A stretch of DNA of 64,000 nt from NCBI GenBank assembly GCA_012842045.1, contig DUTP01000003.1, positions 2,532-66,531 on the forward strand. The letters run 5' to 3'. Below the pieces are notes generated by a model, which saw only the letters and a program-made list of their open reading frames with translations, had not been told where the DNA came from and searched no databases. Position numbers and translations under genes: made by a program. This document shows positions 57,101 through 64,000 of this stretch, in pieces (position 1 is the first letter of the stretch; each line of letters begins with the position of its first letter). The stretch comes from Candidatus Dojkabacteria bacterium. GTDB lineage: Bacteria; Patescibacteriota; Dojkabacteria; SC72.

Positions 57101-58432
57101 TTATCTTAAATGTAAGTATAAAGAGGCTTCTCCATTACCATGATCGACTATTACATATTTTCCTCCACAAGCATCTGTTTGAACTTTTGTTACCTTCCCA
57201 TCTTTTATAGGGGTTATAGGTGTACCTTCTCCATTGAGTTTTCCTACATATCCTGCTGGTATAGGTGGAAAGTTATAACAAACAACTGCTTTCTTAAGAG
57301 TGTATTCTCCACCACTTAAACTCCCTACCATATCTATTGCATAATGAGAGTTTGCACTATTGTAATTCTGTGTAAGAATAGCTCCTTCACCTAAAGGAAC
57401 TCTTGCACTACCATTGTACAGTTTTCCATAAATTGTACCCCCACGGAAATATCCCAGACCAATAGGGTCTACTCTTTTTCCATTTTTCCAAAGTTCAAAG
57501 TGTAGGTGTGATCCATAACTGTATCCTGTATGTCCTTGATATCCTAATACTGACTTTCCAGCTTTCACAGGAGTATTAGCAGGTATAATACCTGATTGGA
57601 AATTTTCCATAGCCAATGCTGACAGTAGGTTTGTTGCTGCACTTTCTCGGTCGATTAGAACTTTAAGTTCTGCTGCTAATCTTACTTCACGTGTTTTTAC
57701 TTGCGAGAGCAGTGATTCTCTTTCTTTCTGTTGGGCTTTTAAGGATAACTTTTGTTCTCCTAATTCAACTCTTTCTTCTTCAACCTTTTCTCTCTTGGTT
57801 TCAACTTCTTCTTTTTTATCATTTAAGATATTTTCTTCTTGAGTTAAAGCTATTGTTTTTGCTGTGTGTTTACCTAAGATTGCTCTGTCTTGTGTTCTTG
57901 TCGTCCTTAAGTATTTTACTCGCCTAAGTATGTCTGAAATGTTCTTAAAATCAAGTAAATACTCAAATTGGTTAACAAATGAGTACTTATACATTTCTGT
58001 TATTCTCTCATTTACAGTATTACTTAAAACTCCAACTTCTAATTTTAAAACTGAAATTGCATCTTCCTTCTCTTTAATCTCTTTCTCTAAGATATTAATC
58101 TCGATATCGGTAGCAGATATTTCCAATTGTAACTTTTTTATTTCATTTTCAGTCTGTTCTATCAAGGTGTTGGTATACAGGATCTTTTCCTCTAAAGATA
58201 GTTTTTGATATTCAACTCCTTGTAGTTCTTTTTGTACACGGTTTTTCTGTGTTGTGATTTTTGTTAACTCATTTTGTAGGTAATAGTAGCACTCCAATGA
58301 ATTGGGATCCATATTTGCAGGACACTTAATTTGTGCTAGTACCCTCTTTTGTCCAAACCCAGCCAAAAATCCAAACAAAACAACAGTTAGGAATATTACT
58401 CCAATTGTAATAACTAACCTCCTTCTCTTCAT
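57101..58432 (-). CDS. Coiled-coil protein with M23 peptidase domain (EnvC/CwlO-like FtsEX partner); M23 motifs in permuted order
   Basis: Signal, long coiled coil, GYQGHTG.S.GSHLHFE, later HYAID...DGKV...VIVDH...YLHL. Confidence 0.8.
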   Translation of the reverse strand: MKRRRLVITIGVIFLTVVLFGFLAGFGQKRVLAQIKCPANMDPNSLECYYYLQNELTKITTQKNRVQKELQGVEYQKLSLEEKILYTNTLIEQTENEIKKLQLEISATDIEINILEKEIKEKEDAISVLKLEVGVLSNTVNERITEMYKYSFVNQFEYLLDFKNISDILRRVKYLRTTRTQDRAILGKHTAKTIALTQEENILNDKKEEVETKREKVEEERVELGEQKLSLKAQQKERESLLSQVKTREVRLAAELKVLIDRESAATNLLSALAMENFQSGIIPANTPVKAGKSVLGYQGHTGYSYGSHLHFELWKNGKRVDPIGLGYFRGGTIYGKLYNGSARVPLGEGAILTQNYNSANSHYAIDMVGSLSGGEYTLKKAVVCYNFPPIPAGYVGKLNGEGTPITPIKDGKVTKVQTDACGGKYVIVDHGNGEASLYLHLR

Positions 58433-58440
58433 ATCAATAA

Positions 58441-59367
58441 CTAATCTAAATATTTTCTAACAGCACTTAAACTACTAAAAACACCAATACCAACACCAAA
58501 TAATATATGTACAATATAATAGGCTAATACGAATACAATATTAATAGGTTTTATAAAAGACAAACCAATATCTCTTAATAATTGATTTAACCAGAATGCA
58601 ACCTCCGCATCCTTCATCAAATTAAATAATATTAATTGGGAAGGTACTAATATTATAGTAGCAGCTATAGCTCCCCCAGCAACACCATAAAAGATACCTT
58701 CTAATATGTAAGGTAATCTAATATGCTTATTTGAGCCACCAACCAACTTCATAACCTTAATCTCTTCTTTATGTGAATTGATATTAAAACCAATTGTAAT
58801 CCTTATTAAGAAGAAAGCTATTACTAACAAACCTCCTATTAAGAACGAGGAAGAAATCTTAATAGCAAAGGATATTGTTTTAAGATTATTAACAACATCT
58901 TTAAAGTACATAATCTCATCTATCTGTGAATTAGTCTCTTTCTGTTTGTTAATATCTTCTATAACTTCAAGTAGAGCATCTACAGACTTAGCTCTAATCT
59001 CAAGGCTAGGAGGTAGAGAATCTGCTGTAACTGTAGCTAAAAGATCTTGATTATCTGCAAAATCCTCTTTATATATCTCTAAAGCATCCTCTTGTGATAT
59101 ATATTCAATACTCTCTATTACTTCTGGATTATTTAGTCCCTCTTTAATCTTAAGTATATCTTGTTCTCTAGTATCTCTTTTGAAAAAAACTATTACCTGT
59201 GCTCTCTTTTCATAGTAATCAATTCCTTTTTGTGCAATTATCCCTACACTTATAAAGAAAGAAGAAACTACTAACACTGTAGCAAAAACAAGTGTAGTAG
59301 ATATGGTGAGAAACTTATTTCTCTTCATATTCTTTTTTGTTGATTCTAATAATTTTTTCCAATCCAT
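58441..59367 (-). CDS. ftsX: Cell division permease FtsX
   Basis: Four TM helices, YISQEDALE, LPPSLEI, EI.VMKLVG...IRLPY.LEG. Confidence 0.9.
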   Translation of the reverse strand: MDWKKLLESTKKNMKRNKFLTISTTLVFATVLVVSSFFISVGIIAQKGIDYYEKRAQVIVFFKRDTREQDILKIKEGLNNPEVIESIEYISQEDALEIYKEDFADNQDLLATVTADSLPPSLEIRAKSVDALLEVIEDINKQKETNSQIDEIMYFKDVVNNLKTISFAIKISSSFLIGGLLVIAFFLIRITIGFNINSHKEEIKVMKLVGGSNKHIRLPYILEGIFYGVAGGAIAATIILVPSQLILFNLMKDAEVAFWLNQLLRDIGLSFIKPINIVFVLAYYIVHILFGVGIGVFSSLSAVRKYLD

Positions 59368-59368
59368 A

Positions 59369-60364
59369 TTATTTTTTCTGTTTTTTATTTAAATATTCAG
59401 TTAAGAAATCTTCAAGTTTATCTCTCTGTGCTCCTTTAATATCTAAGTTATCTAAGTCTTCTTCTGTTAAATTAAAGATAAGGTTAATAGTTGTTATTTG
59501 AGCATTCAAGAGTTTTTCTAAAACCTCTTTATCTAATCCATCCATATCTTTATCATACTTTACTTTGTTCGCTTTCTTTTCCAATCCCTCATTAGCTTCA
59601 TCTCCTATTTTAATATTTGGATCTATCTTCTTTACTTCTGGTTTCTCAACTTTCTCTTTTGGCTTTTTAAGAGTATCGTAATTACCTTTACTGTCAGAAA
59701 CAATCTTTCCTTCTTCCATTCTAATAACTCTGGTTTTCATCTTGTTTACCATTTCTCTGTCGTGTGTAATTACCATTACTGTAGTTCCTGCCTTATTTAT
59801 ACTATTCAATATATCTAAGATTTGAAAGGAACTATCAGGATCAAGATTACCTGTTGGTTCGTCTGCGACTAAAAAGTCAGGATTATTAGCCAATGCTCTT
59901 GCAATAGCACCTCTTTGTTGTTCACCACCTGAGAGTTGTTGTGGAAAGAGATTCCTTCTGTCTTGTAACTTAACTAATTCTAAAAGATAATCCGTTGTTT
60001 CTTTAATCTCTTTCTCTTGCTTACCTAAAATCTCTAGAGCAAAGTTAATATTCTCCTCTAATGTCTTACCCTCAAGCAATTTTATATCTTGAAATACAAT
60101 ACCTAATCTCTGTCTATATGTAGGAAGAAGTTTGTTTGGTAATTGAGGTACATCTATTTTATCAAAGATAATCTGACCAGATGTTGGTAATTCCTCCCTA
60201 ATCAATAATCTTAGAAGGGTAGTTTTACCTGCTCCAGATGGTCCTACCAAGAACGAGAATTCCCCTTTATCGAGGGAGAAAGATACATCCTCTAGGGCTG
60301 TGATTTTGTCTGAATATTTTTTTGTTACTTTATCAAATATTACCATGGCAGTTTCCTGTTCCAT
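59369..60364 (-). CDS. ftsE: Cell division ATPase FtsE with ~100-aa C-terminal extension
   Basis: GPSGAGKTT, VFQD, LSGGEQQR, ADEPTGNLD; adjacent to ftsX. Confidence 0.92.
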   Translation of the reverse strand: MEQETAMVIFDKVTKKYSDKITALEDVSFSLDKGEFSFLVGPSGAGKTTLLRLLIREELPTSGQIIFDKIDVPQLPNKLLPTYRQRLGIVFQDIKLLEGKTLEENINFALEILGKQEKEIKETTDYLLELVKLQDRRNLFPQQLSGGEQQRGAIARALANNPDFLVADEPTGNLDPDSSFQILDILNSINKAGTTVMVITHDREMVNKMKTRVIRMEEGKIVSDSKGNYDTLKKPKEKVEKPEVKKIDPNIKIGDEANEGLEKKANKVKYDKDMDGLDKEVLEKLLNAQITTINLIFNLTEEDLDNLDIKGAQRDKLEDFLTEYLNKKQKK

Positions 60365-60377
60365 ACTATATCATATA

Positions 60378-61463
60378 TTACTCTATTCTAACTTGCGCTT
60401 CAAGAAATTTGTCTAAATTCCCATCCAGTACATCTTCAGGATTGTTAGATTGTATATCTGTTCTCAAATCTTTAACCATTTTGTATGGATGAAGTATGTA
60501 ATTTCTGATCTGGTTTCCCCATCCTGCTATTTTGTAATCACCTTTGATATCAGATAGTTTTTGTAATTTCTCCTCATCTTTAATTCTCCATAATTTCCCT
60601 TTTAAGATATTCATTGCATTCTCTCTGTTTTGAGCTTGGCTCCTTTGGGTTGAACAATTAACAACGATTCCAGTAGGGATATGAGTTATCTGGACTGCAG
60701 ATGATGTTTTGTTAACATTCTGTCCTCCCGGACCTCCAGACTTTACAGCTTTGAATTCAATATCAGTATCAGGTATCTCTAATTTTTCTTCTTCTTTTTC
60801 AAAAAGGGGTATAACTTCCACTCCAGCAAATGTTGTTTGTCTTAAACCTTGTGCATTGTATGGTGATATTCTAACTAATCTGTGAACTCCGTGTTCTTTC
60901 TTAAGAAATCCAAAAGCCAATGGAGCTCTAACCTCTATACTTACAGTCACAAGTCCCACCTCTGTACCTTTAGTCATCTCAGTTACTTTGTAATTCCAAC
61001 CTTGTTTTTCAAAAAACATTGTATACATTCTAAAAAGCATCTGAGTCCAATCGTTAGCTTCTGTCCCTCCCTGTCCTGCATGTATTGTTACTACAGCAGG
61101 GTAGGAGTCATATTCTCCAGATAGAAATCTTCTTAGAGAAAATTTCTCTAGTTGTTCCTTAAGTTTTTCAAATTCACCAATCAGTTGATTCTGTTCGTCT
61201 TTGTTCTCTATGGAAGAGAAAAGATCTGAGAGTGAGTTGATGTTCTCTTCTAGTTTTTCAATAGTTTCAATATCATTCTTTAGGTATGATATTTTATCCA
61301 TTACCTCTCTTGCATACTCTGCATCTTTCCAGAAGTTTTTATCAAGGCTTTCTTTTTCAAAAGAGAGTAATGTTTCTTTCTGCTTTGGAATATCTAAAGC
61401 TGACAGGACTTCTTTGATTTCTAGTTGTAATTTTTCTATATCCTTTTTACTTAAATCTTCCAT
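60378..61463 (-). CDS. prfB: Peptide chain release factor 2, no programmed frameshift
   Basis: GQGGTEA.DW, GVHRLVRISPY, GGPGGQNVNK, WGNQIRNY; one continuous ORF. Confidence 0.95.
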   Translation of the reverse strand: MEDLSKKDIEKLQLEIKEVLSALDIPKQKETLLSFEKESLDKNFWKDAEYAREVMDKISYLKNDIETIEKLEENINSLSDLFSSIENKDEQNQLIGEFEKLKEQLEKFSLRRFLSGEYDSYPAVVTIHAGQGGTEANDWTQMLFRMYTMFFEKQGWNYKVTEMTKGTEVGLVTVSIEVRAPLAFGFLKKEHGVHRLVRISPYNAQGLRQTTFAGVEVIPLFEKEEEKLEIPDTDIEFKAVKSGGPGGQNVNKTSSAVQITHIPTGIVVNCSTQRSQAQNRENAMNILKGKLWRIKDEEKLQKLSDIKGDYKIAGWGNQIRNYILHPYKMVKDLRTDIQSNNPEDVLDGNLDKFLEAQVRIE

Positions 61464-61511
61464 TCGTGTTATATTATATTCAACTTAAGATTATATATCT
61501 ACAAACTGCCC

Positions 61512-63206
61512 ATGCTTGATTTTTTAGGTATCAAAAAAAATGGTAAAAATGGTGAGGAGGAAGCCAAAACAAGGCAAGATGGATTTACTAATGGGCACAA
61601 CAATCTTTTGGATATTAGAAGATTTGTTACATTAATAATATTGGATGGTTTTGGTGTGTTTCCAGATGCAGAAGGAAATGCTGTCTGGGCTGCTAAGACA
61701 CCTTTCCTTGATACATTGTGGACACAAGGGAGGTCTACTTTGCTTCATGCTTCAGGAACTCATGTTGGTTTACCTGGTGAAGATGCAGGTAACTCTGAGG
61801 TAGGTCACCTTAATATCGGTTCTGGTCAAGTGGTATATCAAACACTTCCTAGAATTAATGATGCAATTAAAGCACATGAGTTAGAGAATAATCCTGTGGT
61901 TAAACAGATGTTTACATTTCTTAGGAAGTATAAAGGTAGATTACACCTTACAGGTGTACTTAGTCCTGCTGGTGTTCATGGACATATTAAACATCTGTTT
62001 TCAATATTGGATTTGTGTGCAGCAAAAGGGATTGACCCTTGTATTCATGTTATGTTAGATGGTAGAGATACAGGACCCACAGAAGGTCTTCTCTATGTAG
62101 AAAAGTTGTTGGCTAAAATTAGAGAGGTTGGTGTTGGTGAAATAGGGTCAATAATGGGTAGGTTCTATGGTATGGATAGAGATAGTAGATGGGAAAGAGT
62201 TAAGTTAGCATATGATGCTTTTGTTGGACTCTCGGAGGAAACATTTACAGACCCAATTAAAGTTGTAAAGGATGCTTACAGTAAAGGAGAGTATGACCAG
62301 TTCTTTAAACCAAGAATAAGAGTGGATGAGAAAGGAGAACCTGTAGGTATTGTTAAATCACACGATGCAGTACTCTTCTGGAATTTTCGTGAGGACAGGG
62401 CAAGAGAGTTAACCAAAGCTTTTGTACTGAAAGATTTTCCACATTTTACTAGAAGAAACTATCCAGAAGATATCTACTTTGCAACTATGACAGGTTATGA
62501 AGAAAATCTGCCTGCAAATGTAATTTTCCCACCTTTACGAATTAAAAAACCTCTTGCAAAGTACTTATCAGAAAATGGTAAGAGGCAATTACATGTTTCT
62601 GAAACAGAAAAGTATATGCATGTAACATATTTCTTTAATGGTGGTTATGAGGAAGCTCATCCAGGAGAAACTTTCTTTAATATTCCTTCACAAAGAGTAG
62701 ACAGCTATGCAAAGGTACCTGAAATGAGTGCATATATCATTAGAGATGAAGTTGTAAACAAGATTAAGAAAATAGATACACATCCTTTAGATTTCATTGT
62801 TCTAAACTTTGCAAATCCCGATATGTTAGGACATACAGGAAACTTTAAGGCTGCCGTAAGGGGAAATAGTATTGTAGATACCTGCTGCGCGGATATTGCA
62901 AAAGCAACCATAGAAATGGGAGGTTCTTTAATGGTAACTGCAGACCATGGAAACTGTGAGACAATGATAAACAGGGTGACAAAAGAGATAGATATTGCAC
63001 ATACTAACAATCCAGTTCCTCTTGTAATTGCAAATAGTATGAAGGAGATTGAGCCAATTGCTGGTACTCCTCAAATTAAGATAGGTACGGGACCAAATGC
63101 TAGGACTACAGGAATTTTGGCTGATATTGCTCCTACAGTTCTAGGTCTTTTAGGTATGGGTACTCCATCCAGTATGACTGGTGTGGACTTAAGGTCTATG
63201 CTTTAG
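61512..63206 (+). CDS. gpmI: 2,3-BPG-independent phosphoglycerate mutase
   Basis: LIILDG, GNSEVGH, DGRD, MDRD.RW, NFR.DR, ETEK..HVT, N.DM.GH, TADHGN. Confidence 0.95.
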   Translation: MLDFLGIKKNGKNGEEEAKTRQDGFTNGHNNLLDIRRFVTLIILDGFGVFPDAEGNAVWAAKTPFLDTLWTQGRSTLLHASGTHVGLPGEDAGNSEVGHLNIGSGQVVYQTLPRINDAIKAHELENNPVVKQMFTFLRKYKGRLHLTGVLSPAGVHGHIKHLFSILDLCAAKGIDPCIHVMLDGRDTGPTEGLLYVEKLLAKIREVGVGEIGSIMGRFYGMDRDSRWERVKLAYDAFVGLSEETFTDPIKVVKDAYSKGEYDQFFKPRIRVDEKGEPVGIVKSHDAVLFWNFREDRARELTKAFVLKDFPHFTRRNYPEDIYFATMTGYEENLPANVIFPPLRIKKPLAKYLSENGKRQLHVSETEKYMHVTYFFNGGYEEAHPGETFFNIPSQRVDSYAKVPEMSAYIIRDEVVNKIKKIDTHPLDFIVLNFANPDMLGHTGNFKAAVRGNSIVDTCCADIAKATIEMGGSLMVTADHGNCETMINRVTKEIDIAHTNNPVPLVIANSMKEIEPIAGTPQIKIGTGPNARTTGILADIAPTVLGLLGMGTPSSMTGVDLRSML

Positions 63207-64000
63207 AGGAAAAAAGATAGTAGTACTACAATTCCTAGTAGAATTCTGTAAATACCAAAAAAGGTTAGCCAATTTTTCTTCTTAAATCTTTCAATTAGTT
63301 TTAAAGATAGGAAACCAAAGAGGAAAGTTGTTATCAATATTACAATAGTATTTATCCGAAATGGTTCTCCTACAGTATTTAGCAGCATATTTCTTTCCTT
63401 AAAGTTTTGAAAAAGAAATAAAGTAAATGAACCTAGTAATATTGGAATGCTTAATACAAAAGAAAATTTAAGTGCAATATACTTGGGAAGTCCTACTAGA
63501 ATCCCTGTGATAGTAGTGATTGCAGACCTTGAGGTTCCAGGAATTAATGCTAGAGCTTGTGAAAACCCAACAGCTAAGGCTTGTTTTAGAGATATATCCT
63601 CTACTGTTTGTAGTTTTTCTCCTTTTATCATAGTGGTTTCTTTTTTCTCTAAAACGATCATGACAATTCCCCAAATAATTAGTGATATGCCAATAATCCA
63701 ATCTGCTCGGAGATGTCTTGAGATTATATCTTCGAAGAGAAAGCCAATTACTCCTGCAGGTATTGTTGCTATTAGAATCTTTCCATAGAAAGCAAGTTTC
63801 TTTTTAGAAAAAAAGTTTTTAAAGAGTTGTTTCCTTAAAAAAAATATAACTGCAATTGTAGTACCTAAGTGAAAAAGGATTAGTAAAGAGGAGGTAGTAT
63901 TAATGTTTAAAATATTTCCCAAAAGCAACATATGGGCGGAGCTGGAGATGGGTAGTAGTTCTGTTATACCTTGGATAACCCCTATACCTATTAACTTTAA
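63203..64000 (-). CDS. uppP: Undecaprenyl-diphosphate phosphatase, start beyond window edge
   Basis: Frame continues upstream as GVIQGITELLPISSSAH; ALIPGTSRS. Confidence 0.92.
   Translation of the reverse strand, partial: LKLIGIGVIQGITELLPISSSAHMLLLGNILNINTTSSLLILFHLGTTIAVIFFLRKQLFKNFFSKKKLAFYGKILIATIPAGVIGFLFEDIISRHLRADWIIGISLIIWGIVMIVLEKKETTMIKGEKLQTVEDISLKQALAVGFSQALALIPGTSRSAITTITGILVGLPKYIALKFSFVLSIPILLGSFTLFLFQNFKERNMLLNTVGEPFRINTIVILITTFLFGFLSLKLIERFKKKNWLTFFGIYRILLGIVVLLSFFL

Noticed and set aside
1222-63788. Many short ORFs antisense to or nested in long genes (e.g. 12467..12922, 22558..23022, 48304..48756)
   Set aside because: Shadow ORFs of well-supported genes with no motifs of their own

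Overview
AT-rich bacterial chromosome segment using the standard genetic code (TGA is a stop, e.g. recA). Gene content, Cys-rich surface proteins and apparently leaderless genes suggest a CPR/Patescibacteria lineage, possibly Dojkabacteria-like; this is inference. Most of the window is housekeeping: tsaC-tsaE fusion, tsaD, eno, mscL, rmuC, recA-recX-recJ, aspS, gltX, T-box-ileS, carD, yvcK, hpf, prfB-ftsE-ftsX-M23, gpmI, uppP and six tRNAs. Two accessory loci stand out. (1) 1-7621: a PLD-nuclease/SNF2 helicase plus a Type IIG-like m6A methyltransferase whose C-terminal specificity region lies in an invertible cassette next to a serine invertase. The cassette has two nested perfect inverted repeats (28 bp and 24 bp, both in frame), and the two alternative tails overlap head-to-head, encoding nearly the same peptide on both strands. 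(2) 51137-55358: a 4.2-kb integrative element at tRNA-Asn. Its att core lies inside the 3' end of a large serine recombinase gene, so excision would swap the recombinase C-terminus. The element carries a structured RNA with an antisense arm matching two start-codon regions. Other oddities are a circularly permuted M23 peptidase, a GVHH-type IleRS2, a WxL-like surface cluster and FtsE with an extra C-terminal domain. All protein calls come from motif recognition by eye; no database searches were run.
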